Below are positions 35,466 through 50,600 of a stretch of DNA of 64,000 nt, piece after piece. The stretch is from Gonapodya sp. JEL0774 (lineage: Eukaryota). A program made the translations under genes and the position numbers. Location of the stretch: assembly GCA_027604505.1 (NCBI GenBank), contig JADIIX010000053.1, forward strand, positions 62,001-126,000. The letters run 5' to 3'. Each line of letters begins with the position of its first letter. Position 1 is the first letter of the stretch. Under the pieces are notes generated by a model. The model did not search any database. It saw only the letters and a program-made list of their open reading frames with translations, and was not told the origin of the DNA.

Positions 35466-36067
35466 TCATCGCCCAGTTGTTTCTTCGAGCCAGGTAGGGG
35501 GTTCCGGCTCCGCTTCTGAAGACAGAAGGTAGCTGGAAAAGCGAGCAATGAACCGGAGCTCCAGGGGCACGTACTGAACCGCTGCAAATATTGCAAGAAA
35601 GAAGGTAATCGCGACCACAGTATCTTTGAGGGATGCGAAGGAAAGGGGAAGGTGGTTCGTTGGTGGCGGAAACACGCCGTCCAGCAGGTTGACGGTTTTG
35701 GTGCCAAGCATGATAAGAGAAAGTGATGATAGTGAAGAAAGAAGGACGTATGAAGTGTGCGGATCCGACAAGCGTAGGTGGGAATCAGAGGGGCTCGGTC
35801 ATGCTCCGCTTCCAATCTGCAGCGCTCAGCAAAGAACTCACTAAAAATGGCGACTTCCCACGAGTCCAGCATATAAATCCCCGTTTCTAGTGTGTAATAG
35901 TAGTACCTGCAACGAAATCAACCGTCAGTGGCAGAAATGATTTGTCCAGAAAGTGGATCTCACAAGTCCCCAACCCAACCCAAAAAGCGAGTGGCTGGTC
36001 CTTTCCGCTTGCTTGGAAGCTTTTGGTAAGCAAATTTAGTGACTGTTGGAGGTAATGCGGTCGCCAT
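35466..36067 (-). CDS. Serine palmitoyltransferase small subunit (ssSPT / DUF3317-like)
   Basis: Three exons: MATALPP..GWVGDL|WYYYYTLETGIYMLDSWEVAIF|NTVVAITFFLAIFAAVQYVP. This matches the YML[E/D]xWE..FN signature. Confidence 0.8.
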
Positions 36068-36483
36068 GATGTGCTTCGAGTCAGATGTTACGTGGGGTAG
36101 CGGAGAGCTGAAAATATCTTCTGCCCAAGAGACAGCGAGCGTTTCAAGGAAAGCGTAGTCTTGTGCAACTGTCAAAAAACTGGTTGGGATGGTGAGTGAT
36201 CGTGACGTTCAGCGTTCTCAAGGTGAAGTTTCAATGGATAATATCATCTGGCGGCGATCCCTGTGCATGGTGAGTTAGGGACAGTGAGGAGGTCACTCAG
36301 TGCACAACTGAGATGAGCCCGTTTGCGAGAACCCCTCGACCATGATTCCGCGATTCGCATGTGATGATGGGTCACGAACGCCAAACGAGGTAGCTAGTTC
36401 TATTATGTGCGAAGATTTCCGACTAAGCAATCAGGAAGTGACAGGAACACAGCACACTCTGTCACAACGCCGAGTTTCCATTA

Positions 36484-37380
36484 CTATTTCTTTGCTTTCA
36501 GAAGGCCAATATCTTGCTGTAAGTCCCACAACTGTGCTCTGAGCTCCAAAATTGATGTTTGTGCGGAGTCCTACATGCAGGGTGACAGAGGTTTGAGGAG
36601 TGACAGCATATTCAATCCGCGAATTGCGACGAATGATATCTGATACATAGCATGCTTGGAGTGCACCAGATTCCGCATCTTCACACTTCGCGCTTTCAGC
36701 ACATCCAAACATCGAAGATCCGCGACAGTGGCTTTCGGCATCATATCTCCAACTCACCCCGGATTTAACGAGCTCCCCTCTCAGCTTTATCACCTCATCC
36801 CGAGTTGCTGCTTCAGAGCGTAGAGATTTGAGGTCGGCCGCGACACGGTCGATGGCAAGGTGCGAATCTCGAATCTGAGTTGTAAACGAACAATTTGCGT
36901 GAATGGAATCCAGGAACACCGAGCCAACGTCCAAGACAGTTTCTAGCAAAATGGGCGCCATAGAATATCCACGGACTCAGGAAGGTGTTAGTAAACCTCC
37001 GAGAGTAACTGTGACCCATCTGCACCCATGCCAAGCAAGGTAGTATCGCAATTTGCTGTATTATCTGTCTCGAAATAACTCATGATCCACTGAGCCATCC
37101 GTTTTCCACCAAACCTTAAAACATGGCTGACCTTGTTGGTGCTCTTCTGCAAATCCTCCACGCTCTTTACCACTGTACCTGATGCATGGGTGTAATCCGA
37201 CATAAGGTATGTGTAGCCGGATGCCGAAGCGACAGAGACACCCAGTAGAAAGCCGAAGACCCTTTCGGTTGACCCGTTCATTACATAAGACCCGTTTCCA
37301 CAGAAACCGTTTGATGTCAACATGCAAGCCAGCTAGGAGTGTAATCTGCGATCTGGAACGGACCCGCCTCTGAAAGCCAT
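36484..37380 (-). CDS. Small conserved fungal membrane/coiled-coil protein (RGGxFGFLLG family)
   Basis: MAFRG|GVFGFLLGVSVASASGYTYLMSDY..LQKSTNK|IRDSHLAIDRVAADLKSL..|DSAQTSILELRAQLWDLQQDIGLLKAKK*. Confidence 0.7.
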
Positions 37381-37486
37381 GGGGACAACGAAAGATGCTG
37401 GGATGAAAGTTGATTTTCACACCAACTCGTGGCCTAAAGGAAGTGCACCCGAATTACGGACATCATAACAGTGGTCAATGTAGAAT

Positions 37487-40400
37487 CTAAATTGGGCAAC
37501 CCCCACATCTTACTCCATCCACACATCCAATGCACGTCAGAACTTTCACGCCCAATGCCTTCATGGCGGCAACCAGGAGAGACGTAACTCCCTCTCCGAG
37601 CACGAGTCCCGAGGCAACCACAATACCGTCTCCGCCTCGCCAAGATTTTGGTCGTTTGGTACGCCAAAGGTATGCAACGATCCCCCCGGCAACACGCGGA
37701 AGTACGAAATTTGGGGTTATGTACATTCCAATCGCAAAGCCCTTCATTAGAGTGAGCGTACAGATAGAACTGAATGTAGTGGCACGGGATGTCAACAAAA
37801 TGAGTCTCTACTTACCACGCCACTTGGCAGTAACCTCGCAAAGAATATCCTCCAGCTGTTCCAGTCTAGTTTTTCCAGAATACTCAATGCTCGGTCCCAG
37901 AAGGAATCACCTGACTGTCCTCTCGTTGTACTGAGGGGCACAGAAAGTAGCAACTCCAATATTGGAAGGAATGCACCAAACACTCCGCCAATAATACACC
38001 AAGGTACAACGCTCTCGGGCAGCTTCCCGCCATTCACAATTCGCGCCATATCCAGCCATATTGCTGCTGTGGGGGCGCCCAATTCTGGCCCTGGCACTTG
38101 ATACACCTTCGTGTACAGAAGGAACGCACAAACCGTAAGGGGTACTGACGCAACCGATCCGATGAGTTGACCGATAAACTGAGCATAAGGTGAGGCAGAG
38201 AGAAGATGACCTGTTTTCAAGTCCTGAAGTAGGTCCCCGGCTTGTTGAGCGCCAGCTATTTCGCGAAGAAGTTTAACTTGTTGAGGTGGTAGGTACCAGG
38301 CGTAATACAGGATACTCACCTTCTGCAATTGCCCCAGCAACGAGATTAGCCACAATATTGCCTGGTGCAATCGCGGCGAAAACCAACTGGGAAACTTTGC
38401 CGATTCTAACCATCAGAGAGAGTGTGGGAGACTCTGCACTTAACTTTCACGCATCAAAACTCGACCATTCTCCAACTTACCCACTCACGGGATTAACATC
38501 AATCTCGCCTAATGTCCTCACAGCGACGACGGCACATAGGCACCCCACTATGACTGCAACCCCCACCTTCCACCAAGAAACACCAAACATCGGGCCAAGG
38601 ATTGCCGCGCAAAGCACAGTACTCAATGCGAGGCCTCCATATGCGACTAGAGGTGGCACAAGGTGATTACGAGGAGCCGGATCGCGGACGGGAGGACTTC
38701 GTTGAATTATTGCGCGAACGGTCGACAATACAAAGAGATTGAAGGAGGTGAGAGACTCGGCGAGCATTAAGGAAAGCGATACCCATAGGATCCATCTATG
38801 TATCAATAGTTGATTGGTGGCGAAAGCGTTTGAGAGGAAGACGGTCTCACGAACCCTTGAGCACCTTCCTTCCAATCGAATACTCCTTTGCACCAACCCT
38901 GACTCTCAGCGTAAGGTCCAAGGAATCCCCATCCAAAGAGAGCACCAAACAGCATAGAAATCGTGGTGTGTGCCTTCAGGGAACGAAATGGTGGGAAATA
39001 TGGACACAATACACTCTAATCCAGACCTCACACCCATAATCATCCCTTGACCAACATAGCTCAGGGCTTTCAGAGGTAAAAGGAGAGGAAAGCAATCCCA
39101 AAATTTTGAGATACCCGTGTAGCGGTCGCTGATGCTAGCTTCCCCACTCACAAGGTGTCACCCACCATCCCCATTTCGTCGCCATTGAGATCCCAATCCA
39201 TGACATTACCGGTGCATTGTAGAGCACCGGAACGAAATAAGAAGCTATCGTATAGGAGGAGGAGGCGACGAAGGAGTACAGAAGTGGAGATCGCGAAGGC
39301 CCGACAACATTGGGTCCCTCGGAAATGGGGGTGATGGCAGAGGTAGCAGGTTCCTCGGAGATCGTTGAGTGGAGGAGCTTAATTAGCTGGAAATTGACGG
39401 AGGAAGTCACACAATTCGCCGCAGGAACCGCTCAAGCAATCTTAACACACCACTGCAGTTGCCGTTCCACTTGGAAATCGCAGCTTTTCCCTCAGAATTG
39501 TCATACTTCTCATCCCTACAGCGAAGAACACACCGAAAAATGCCTATGTGGGGTAAAAGACAATACGTCAGAGGGACGCAATCCGGACAATACTTTGCAA
39601 CAAAAGTACCAGTGATGAAGTCCACGCAATCATGGCTCCGGGCGTCATTTGGACTGGTCCACCTTCTTCGGGTTCAACCTGAGTTAGAGCGATCACGACC
39701 CCGACAAATCCACCGGCTAGTGGCTGTCAATGGTCAATGTGGACGGTTGATATGTACCAAAATCACCTCCTTCAGTGACACAGTCAAAGATACTACCATT
39801 GTGCCAGTTGCGACCGCTACGGTCTGAACAAGTACGTTTTCCTGCGGTGACCACAAGGAGAATCTGTGCAAGATAATGTAGCCAAGGAGAGCCGATGGCA
39901 AAGACGCCATCTTGGGATGAAGCGATTCCGTCAGAGTTACGATCTGGCATCACAGTCTTTATCACAGCTGCAGTGCCCGCAGTTCCCACTCACCGTAACC
40001 CAACCTGTTTGCAGTCCAAAATACATGTTGGAGAAGACCAAACTTGTACCAATAGCCAACTGGTAAACAGAATGTCACATCTCAGAGATGACTGAGTCGT
40101 ATTAAGTGCCACGATCCATCAACTCACCCCTGCGATAACTGCGCGAGCCGAAACCTGTGACTGCACAGACATGTGCTCAAGATCCCTTTGAATGAGAACC
40201 TCGTCGTCCAGCCCAGCATCAGTAGTTCCTCCTAGTCGCCTTCTCACACGCTTCCTATCCGTTGTTCCTTGGATCAGTGGCCCCTCTTCCGAATCTCTCC
40301 GTTGAACCAGCCCGTCGTCCTCATTATCATTCGCCGTCACAAGAACATCATCGGCGCCCCCTGGCAAATCCGAGTACGCTGAATGAACAGTTGAATGGAA

Positions 40401-40490
40401 GTCCACGTTCTCTGGAAGAAGAAACGCCTGTGCTTCGTCCACTGTGTCCTCTGTCGAAGAAAGTTCGTGTGAAGACCCAATTCGGGTCAT
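37487..40490 (-). CDS. OPT-family oligopeptide transporter (YSL/YGL114W-like)
   Basis: NMYFGLQTGW, LGEIDVNPVSG, AGDLLQDLKTGHLLSASPYAQFIGQLIGS and GIVVASGLVLGEG, with many transmembrane segments across multiple exons. Confidence 0.9.
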
Positions 40491-40840
40491 AGGTGCGGTC
40501 CTCCAGACAACGCTGAGGGAGTCTCCCCAACTCTGGAATAGAAGAGTACTAGTTTTACTGAAGCGGACTCGACAATATGGCAACGTAGTCACTTGCGCCC
40601 AACCTTTGTTTGCTTCTCAATTCTCAACCAGGAGTGCCAGACAGACTTATGTAATTCAGAGTCTTCACCCCAAAATTGTTCGGCATGCAACGACATAGTA
40701 ATTCGAGGAAAATATCTCTGAAAATGTCTGTACATGGACAACTGATTGCAACCGAGTTAAAAATAGAAAATCAAGCTAACACTCCCCTCCTCCCAATGGC
40801 AAAGATGACTAGTTAACCTGTACCCGCCCACAAACAAAAT

Positions 40841-43800
40841 TTAGCGACCGTTTGCGGCGACCCACTGAAGCTCCGGGCTGGGAAACATATTTGCAATCCC
40901 ACCCATCGGCAGGAGTCCATCCTCCAATCCCGGGAACCCAAGCTCTCCGTGCGAGAGACATTCGTTCAGTACCACGTTGACTAAAGATTCACTCTTAGGA
41001 ATCTTGGAAGCATCCTCCAGCCACTCTGACACCATATTGTAAGCGACCTCAAAGCTAACCCATCGCTTTGACAGTGTTTGCAGCGCCGCAAGATAGATAA
41101 GCCCCTTCCGACGGTACTCCAGGAACTGTTCTGCAAGCTCAGCATCCTCTCCCGTGGCCATGTAAGGAGTTTCCGGTACTGCGTGACCAATGCCGATCCT
41201 TGAAGACGACATTGATCCAGATCGGTTCCTCGCTCCCATGGAAGGCATCGCGGCACCACCGGTTTGCATTCCTTGGAGCGTAGCACTCGGCATACCAGTT
41301 GTGATCCCTACCGAGGGCATCTGGATTCCCTGAAGTATCGATCCGGTTGTCCCCGGCGAGTTGGTGCTCCCACCCGTTCCAGGAGAGCCACCGGTGGCCT
41401 GACCGTCGTACATTGAGTAATGCATTGCTTGTTTGGGCGAACCAGGTGAGCTAGGCGATCCCTGGCCACCACTGTTCGGCGTGCGCGGCGGGTATCGCGC
41501 GAGTTTGTCCCACGATCCATGTGCACCCTGAATCCCAAGCTGTGACTGCTGCTGATGATGCTGCTGCTGCTGAAAGTTCCCAACGGCACTCATTCCCATA
41601 CCATTCACGACTTCAGGGCTGTCCGCCGGTGACACGTGCTGCGAGAGGTGGACTTGGCTGGCGAGGCTCAGCATGTGCCATGTTCCCAGAAACCACAAGT
41701 GTGTGACCCGGCATAGGCCAAGTCCGTAGAATTCTGGCGCATAGTGAAGCCCTGGATCGTACCGTAGCAATCCTTCGAGAATGCTGATATATCTCTCGGA
41801 GTCGGCAAGGAGATTGGGTAGAGCGTCCGAATTAAGCCAGTACTCCACATCTCGCTCATATATCCACGGGCCACGCCATACAAAACGTATGTGAATATGG
41901 CGAAGGAATAAGTATCCAGCCTCAAACGAGAGCTTGTTTCCTGAGGTGTTGGTCCAGGAGGCCGGTGGACCTTCGCCAAACACCCAGTTGCGCTCCTCGT
42001 CATTTTTCTTGACGAGAGATCGTACGTTGGCCGGAAGAGTACCCCTTGACATATAGAAGCGACGTGTTTAGTTACAATCCGTCGACGTACCCACACAACT
42101 TCCCCCCACACAAGTTCCCCCTCTCACTGGTAACTCACCACCAACCCTCCATCTCCAATTCAACTAGCCTCATAATTTTCCGAATCTCCTCCACTCTGGG
42201 ATCTGCCCAGCTCATATCCGGATTTAAGCTCGTAAGCAGTCCATGTAACCTCTGTACCGCCCCTCCAAATATGGAGTAGTGCCTTATATAATATGGTATA
42301 ATGGTTGCATGAGAGACAGTCGTGTCCACCATAGCACTGTTACGTCGCTCTCCAGCGACCGCAGACGCCATGGCGGCTACATCAGCGGCAAGAGCCTCAT
42401 CCGGATCGTTCGGGGTGCCGTTAGCGATGGTGGAGGTCATTGCTTCGGTGATTTCGTACTCCTCCTGAGGGAGAGGAAGTAGGCAATCGGACTCGGAGAT
42501 GAGAGGTGCAATGCCGAAGATATGGGTAACAGCTCGATCTTGGGTGAATAGCTAAAATGAGGACATTTGTCGAGGGTTTGGTGAGCCAGCAAGAGGAGAT
42601 GTCGACCAGAGAACGAACGGGTAAATCATCAACCCAATCCAAGGAACAGCTTGTGGCCGCGACACGCACCGTCCAAAAAGTTCTCCTCTTTACATCCTGA
42701 GTCGCTTCGTCCTCCAATCCCGGAAACTCGACGTTGATCTTTACACACGGGTATTCATCACGGAATCGAAAATCGTGCCAAAATTGAGTCTTCAAAATGC
42801 AACTTCGATGACAGACCACACCAATAACACACCTGCAACTCCTTGGCGATTTGGACGCACGCTTTTGTTAAATCCAACGCACCGCTCCACTTCCCGCAGA
42901 CAGGTCCCACATACTTTGCCATCAGCACCAAACTCTGTACCAGTGGCAATCCCCTGGCCTTCACCGCCATAGCCGAAGGAAGAAGCCTCTTTGCTCTTAA
43001 AAAGAAACTCCTGGACTCTCCGATGTGTCCGTCCCACGCCGAAGCAAGCGCGAGCACACTATACATAAGCAGAGGGCTCGCCAATAACGACTGTGGAGTC
43101 CTGACCATGGAGAAAGACATAGTGTCGACGAACTTGAAGTAGACTAAGACATATCGATTCGTAGACGCTGTATTAGGCAGAGGCAGTAAGTCGTCAAACA
43201 AGCCGGGTGCCTTAGGAATTGCAGGCCCAGGCCCTGCAACGGCCCCAAACCTCGCACGTGCCATGGCTGCATATGCTTCGTTGGCTCCTCTTGGTGTCAA
43301 GAACCCTCCTGCGGCAGCAGCTGCTCCTCTTGTACCGCTGGTAAGAGAACCACCGCCAACTCCGAGCGCTGTGCCGCTCACGGGTGGCACACCCGAGATC
43401 GGACCAGAAGCCGAGAGTGGCACAGTAGACGATGAGGAAGATCTCGACATTTGGCGAGCAAGCGCGTTGGCTCGGTGACCAACCCCGTTTCCTCCCGGGC
43501 CTCCCGGGGTTCCTGGCTCGACCCCAGTGGTCGAATCCATTCTCCTCATCATCGAAGCTGAGTCCGCCCTCGTTCTAGTTTTTCCAACCACTTCCATTCT
43601 CCCGTTTGGATTTGATACCCCAGTATTTGATCTGGAGTGGGCCTGAGCATGGGCCATTTGCGGTTGCTGCTGACCCATCCACCGTACCTGATTGTCGTCC
43701 TCGTCCTCCTGCTCCCGGATTGTCATCACACCACCGCCCTGCTGAATCTGACCAGTCTCGAACTGCCCATTTTCGTACTCAAACTGCATGAAATCCTGAC

Positions 43801-46328
43801 CCGTCATCTGCTGTTGCTGATGTTGCCCAGTGGCTCCAACTTCGGGAGAAATATCACCCATGTTCACGCCCCGCATCCCTCTCCCTGCCCCGATCATTCC
43901 GGAAGCCTGTGATACCTGTGCAGCCCTACGCGCTTGATCAGCTGTAACCTGCTGATGATGGTGTTGCTGCTGGGTGATCTGCTGATGCTGCATCGGGTGA
44001 TGGTGTCCATGCCCCAGCATTTGAGGTGATGGGTACGGCCTCCCGTGCTGGTTGTGTCCACCGTGGCCCAGACTAGACATACGATGCAAGTGCGTATGCT
44101 GCTGCTGCTGTTGTACTCCTTGGCCTTGAGATTGTGCCATCCCAGACCCCAAACTCATATTCATAGCCATTCCAGTCGCCATACCCATGCCCATCACCCC
44201 AGTAGGGGGTGGTGAATCCGCCATGATACCATAACTACCACTGGCCCCACCACCTCCAACGCTTGGCAAGGAATCAAGGCCCACTGTAAATTCGAGCTCA
44301 AACTCTGCAGCCTCTCTCGGCAAACCGACATCGACTGGCGATTGTGCGAACCCTGCGGATCCGGATTCTCCAGAAACTCCGGAACCGGACACAGGACCGT
44401 TTCCGCCAAACGAGGAATACAACGCATTCAGGTCTGGTGCGGGGGATGAACCGGAAGGTGGCGGAGATATCGAAGTAAAGAAGCCAGGGGACACAGACAG
44501 CATTGACGGGGAAAAAGCAGGCTCAAAAGGTGAGTCAGCCAGGGAAAGCGAAATTTGGGTAGGTGACGATGCCGTTGAAGGCTGAGGTGGCACAGCTGTT
44601 GCAGCGGTGGTGGATGTTGTGGATGAGACAGATGTTTGTTGTTGCTGCTGTGAGTTGAGCGAAGAAGATATCGGGGCATCTGTTGGTGATGAGGAGCAAC
44701 CTTGCGCCTGCCCTGACAACGACGTGGCGGCCGCTTCCATCATGGACGAGGATGGGGCACCAATCCCCAGATGATGTCGATCCCTATCTTTCGCCACGTC
44801 GGATCCTCGGCGGGGCTTGTTGGACGATGCTACGCGAGTAAGGGACGACACTGCTTGGGGAAGGGGGTGCTGGTTATGGTTCATACCAGTATTACTCCGG
44901 CTTCCAGGTGCCACCAACGTGTTAGTGGCCGCTGTGCCCATTCCAATAACCCTGCCACTTTGGTGTTGTTGTTGGCCCGCACTGGGTCTCCTTTCTCGTG
45001 CTTCCATGGCTGAGTGACCTTCTTCCGGTCCCATCCCCTCTTCCTCAGCCACAGATTGAATGCAGGGTCTATCACACTCCAGACTGCCTTCAGTATGCTC
45101 TGTATCGTAGTGCTCCCCGTTCCCTAAGCCATCACCGTCTGCATCCTCATCATCGAGGTACTCTACTCCTTCATCGAACTCGGCATCAGAGTATCCATCA
45201 AGAGGGTCAAGAGGCCCATCGTACTCATGATTAAAATCGGTTGAGTGGTTGACACTGGATGGGTCTCCTCCAGTGTTCGATCGTGCTGGTGCTCTGTGGT
45301 TGTGAGGATCGACACCGGGCCACGACGGTGCAGGAGTGGGGCTTGCCGATGCTGGCCCACGTGACCACGAGTTCGTGTTATGAGAAGATTGGCCGTTGGA
45401 ATGGGGCCAGTGGTTGGATTGGCCTCGATACGATGAGTATCCGTTAGTGGGATGAGGTGCAGGTGTAGAGAGGAATCGAGAGTCACTTTTGGGGTCGTGG
45501 TGAGAATATGCAGAGTTCGGGCCCCGTTGCAGATGATGTACGGCAGTAGCTGCGGATGGGGGATGGCTCTTCCGGCGGGGAACGGAAGACAGCGAGTCGC
45601 TATTCAACGGAGTGGAATCAGGTCGGTAAGGCGAGTTAGGATTCTGCGCATTGTGAGCAGATTTGCGCTTCACGGCGGGACTGGAGGATGTAGATATGGA
45701 GGATGTCGAAGAAGCGTTCGACGACGGGGCTCGACGAGGGCGGCCTTTTTCATGAAAGGTAAAGCGGTGGAGGCACAAAGACAGTGCGAAACGCAGCCGC
45801 ACACAAAGATGGAGAAGGCAAAAGAAAAAGAAAAGACAGATAGACGGACAATCAGTGTTGAAGTGGGTGCGAAACCTCACAGATTTAAAAGGAGGCACAA
45901 CGGCCAGATGAAGGCACGACCGTGCAGACAACTCTCAAGGAGCCAGGTCCACCTTTCAGAGTAGTAACGTACCCAGCAGAGTGGCCGGACCGGTGTCCGA
46001 GCACGCACCCAGGATAAGGGGAGTGCCATAAGAAGAGCCCTACCCTGACACTCACCTCTCGGTCTCTCCACCCGGTCAAACGAGCAATCAACCCGTCTTC
46101 GAATGCAGTGTACACAGGCTGTGTCATTTGCAGCGATGATACATCGGATCTTCCTGAAGGTCAGAATGTGGAACGGGTTTCAGGTTGAGGACCAATCATG
46201 ACAGGGTCAATAACCGCGAGCCCGTAGCATTCCCGCCTTCCTAACGTCTCCTCTCACCTGGAATGACAGGCGTTACAGCTCTTCTTTTGCCCACTATTAC
46301 TCAGCCCTTGCGACAAGTCTACCTCCAT
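40841..46328 (-). CDS. Zn(II)2Cys6 transcription factor with fungal TF middle-homology region
   Basis: SCNACHSR|KIRC..ACVHCIRRRVDCSF, then YFKFVD..SPLLMYSVLALAS..LVQSLVLM..AKEL and DVKRRTFW, separated by a very long Q/S/G-rich linker. Confidence 0.88.
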
Positions 46329-47685
46329 CACGCAGGCCCTCTTCGCCACTGTGTCACTCAGGGTTCTCTTTGTTGCCGGTTTTATCCGATTGGTTGTCCT
46401 TCTTCTTGTTTCTGGTGTCCAATACCTCCCTTGACTGTTTTTGTTGGTTGTCTCCCGGAGTGGAGCCAACCAACCGGGAACCCCAACCCCTCCCTCCCCC
46501 CAAACCGTCTGATATTTATAGCCACAAGTGACTGCCCGCAGGATTTAAGCAGGCATAAATTAGAATCCTCTTTTCAAGGGCCTACTAACTGCAGGAGTAC
46601 CCAGATTATTCCCTGTCAGAAAGAGATTTCTCGCTACAGTTTGGAGAGGTAACGCAAAACAAAAAAAATTGAAGTGATAGATCTCTCGTCACGGCACTTT
46701 CCTTGTTCCCTTCTCCAGTCCCCAACCTGCCCCGGCAACAAAGCACCTGCCCCTCACGCAAAGGGTGCAGGCTCTCTGAGACCATACATTCTGTTCTACA
46801 CTTTTCCTATCCTACTTTGCTATAATGACAGTGTATTACATATATTAGTTCAGACACGTGGCCTACAGGATCAAGGCAGTCGTCTGTCGACGGGAACGTC
46901 AACTCAAATGCGGACTCAAGATGTCATTGCGACTATGCTAAAGAATACTCTAGTGCGATGATGAATCATTTTGTCCGAATTATCTCTTGTTATGGGTGGG
47001 AGATGGAGTGGATGCTTTTTTAGAACTATTGTATTGCCGATTCAAGGAGCAGGTTCAATCCTCCCCCTCCTTCGGACCCACAGTCAGTCATCACAAAACC
47101 TGCCAATGTGTCATTTCATGGATATTAGTTTATCGCAACTCATGCCTTCTCCAATTTATTGTACCCGACAGCCCAGTAACTCGCTCCAAAGCTGTTGTTC
47201 TCCACCACAGTGAGATCTGATCAGCTGGGCGCTCATTAAGCCATCAAATCTCATTCGATTCCCCTTTCCACAACTCCCCTTCATGGATCTCCCCGCAATA
47301 TTGGTGGGCATACCCTGTCACCGACGGTGCAGATGCTTGGAACCACCAGTAACTCGGCATTACATAAAGTCGGTCAGAACGAGGTGGGGTTGGAAGTTGA
47401 GAACGGCAATGATGGGGATCAGCAAGCGGAGGCAAAGGTGCGCGAGGAGGGAAGACGAGAAAGTGCACAAACCTTTTGATGTCGGGACTGGGATGACCGC
47501 AGCAGTGCCAGAGCACCACAATCAAGTCTCAGTGACAGGGAACATTTGGTTGAACGAAGTAAGTTCGTTCCCAAGTGGAAACATCGAGAACTTGAATCAA
47601 ACGTAAGTTATTGAATTGTGTCAACGCTGAGTAACATGCCCATTCATGCAATCAATCCGATGTATAAGCTGTGTTCTGAACAGGA

Positions 47686-50600
47686 ATGGCCTTCCAACCC
47701 GGTGACATTAGCGCAGAGTATGCGAAGGTGACTGATGCATCTCTTTGGGGTTCGTTGTGTCTTCCTCTCTGACCGGTCATCACAAACATTCTGTTCAGAG
47801 CGGACGAGCAGGATGCAAAGGATGCAAATCGAATATCGCTATGGGTGCCGTAAGAATTGGGAGACACACTCAGAGTATGGCATGTGAGTCGTTCTTTTTT
47901 TTGTGGGTGCGTGTGGTTCTTGGGGATTGTGAAATGAGACGGGACGAAGGTGTATGGACCAAAGGAGATGGACAAACGACGAAAAGAACCCTCTCCATTG
48001 CAATGTTTACCGAGCAAAAAAGCCGATGCTCACAGTCTTGTTTTTACATCAAAACCGAAACCAAACCCAACCTGTTCCCTCCCGGCCGAATCTTCACTTC
48101 CCCTTTTCCGCTTTATAAAGTTGACGGTATCATGACTGCCTGGTTCCATCCTTCATGCTTTTCGAAGAAAGCGTTTGGCAAGAACACCAAATTGTCTGTA
48201 AGTCTCAAACAACAGTTATGACGTGGTCCCAATCACCTCTCAAGGACCGTTCCAGGAAATTCTTGGTGTCCCTTCTTTGCGTTGGGAAGATCAACAGAGT
48301 CTTGGTAAAATTTTCGGTGACGGGGGTGGTGGTGGCGGTGGTGCCCGGAAGCCGACTGGTGGTTCCAGTGGCTCAGGGCGTGCACAAGACGTGGAAGAAT
48401 CAAACTCGGGTGAGTTGTTGCTGCTCCAATTTGGGAATGCGATGAGTGCGAAGAGCATTCTGACCACGCAAATGCAGCCCTTAACATTGCTTATGCTCCC
48501 ACTTCTCGATCAACCTGTCACGGATGCGAGAGCAAAATCGAAAAGGGGGAACTAAGGATGGCGTTTAAAGAAAGCAAAGGAGACGATGCACGGCCGTGGT
48601 TGGAAGTGGACAGGTGGTGTAAGTTTTGCTATTGCGTTTGGCTTTCCTTGTTGGATGCGATGGCGAACCGAGAGGGACCTTGAAACCCACGGCCCACTCA
48701 CATCTCTCAAACTTTTTTTTTTTTGTGTAATTCACCAATCCCACTTCGCGCGCTGCACTGCTCTGATTTCGTTAGATCATCCTCCTTGTTTCTACACACA
48801 CGCCCTGGTCGCAACACCTTCACCGTGTCCAGTATCTGACGTGAAGGATGTCAAGATATTCAGCGGTTGGAAGAGCATCGGTGGGTTTTAAGGGATGTTG
48901 GTGGTGTTGGGGGTCACTCGCAAGGGACCGAATTGGTGATTCACTTCATTGCGTTCTCGCCAGCCAAACCTCATCTCGACTATGCGACCGCGTGTTTGAC
49001 TGGCACCCCGCCAGCTGGTCCTGTTCCATCAAATTTGTCTGGGGACAATGTAGGACCGAAGAAGAAAAAGGCAAAGAAATCAATGAGAGGGAGTGCCGAG
49101 GAGATGGACGACGAAGAGGCTGAGGTGGGGACTGAGGAGGAGTACGCACTTCCGGAACGCAAAACCAAAGCAAGGGGCAGAGCCGCCCTGGAGGAAGGTG
49201 AGAGGAAGAGGAAGCGGGGAAAACCGCAGACGAACGAGGTTCAAGAAGATCAAGGGGATGTCAGTATGGACGAGACATATGTAGCGAGACCAACGAGAAG
49301 AGCAAAAAACGCCGACAGCCGAATGAAACGAGACGTGGTAAAGAAGAGAGACGGGGATGAGGAAGAAGAGTCCAGAACGGAGACTAAAAGCGATCCCCAG
49401 CCTCCTCGTCGGCGAAAGAGGGGAGTGACCAAGGACGGGCATTCGACGGTTAGTTATTCGACGGTTAGTTTGCCGAGCGATGAAGCGCCACATGCGGCTT
49501 CAAAGGACGATGTGCAATTGCCAGGACGGCGTAAGAAGGCGAAACGGGTTGAGGAGGATTTGGACGCCAAGGACAACATCGAGATGGAAGACGACGAAGC
49601 TGACAAACCTAAGAGGGGAAGAGGAGGGCCCAGACTCAAGAAGGAGACTCTTCACCACGAGTTGGGTGCGGAAGACATGAAAGAGTCCAAGAAGAGGAAG
49701 CTGAAAGAGCCTTCGAATGGCAAAGGCAAACTCAAAGCCGAAGAAGATGCAGAGGTAGCGAAAGAAGAGCAACAGGACCAAGGGCTTATGGATCCGGCAC
49801 GCATACAAGCAGAGGCGCTGTGGCAGGTGAAAGTGAGTTCTCGAAAGGTATGAGGCCCACCCGAAACAGTGATTCCATGCACTTCAACTGGTAGGACAAG
49901 CTCTCCTCCTTCTCACTCGGTGGCCGAGGCACTGTCTTACGCTGCCTGAATGCGCTGGGGTTTTCGATGCCCACACCGACGGAAACTGCTGCCAAAACCC
50001 TATTCGCAGATGTCCTCACGTTCGGGCTTTCTGGGCCATGCCCTGAGTGCCGTTCATCTTTCCTTGCTCCCAACGAAAAGGGTACAGGATACCGTTGTCC
50101 CAAGATCCACGATTGGGGCGCGTGCCCCTTCGAGACGACGCACCCGGTGTTTGATAAGAAGGGGACAGAGACGAGAATTGGGAGCGATTTGACGGCAATT
50201 TTGGGCGAAGAATTAGTGGAGAAGATTCTGGAGGTGGCGAGGGGAGTAGGCGAAGTGACGAGGGTTTTGCAATCAGAGGTACGTCTTTGGCGCCTGTCTG
50301 AGTCCATCAAGGATTTACATTTTGCGCCATCCTACAGCCCAAGCGTGTCAAGACAGTCGCTTCAAGTACCTCCATTTCTTCACCCACTGCTTTCGTCCCC
50401 CGGTTTGGTGCCACCACTGGTGAACCTTTCCGTGGTATGACATTTGTGTTGGCAGGTGGTTTTTCCCGTCCACATGGCGAAATCGCGTCAAGGATAAAAG
50501 TCGCAGGGGGGATCGTCGACACAAACGTGACGGAAGGAACGACTTTGGTTGTGAGCTCCAGAGTAGAGTGCAATAAGGATGAATCGGCGACAACTGCCAA

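Noticed and set aside
49441..49470. Perfect 15-bp tandem duplication inside PARP1
   Set aside because: In-frame slippage in a disordered linker (or at an intron donor), with no evidence of function.
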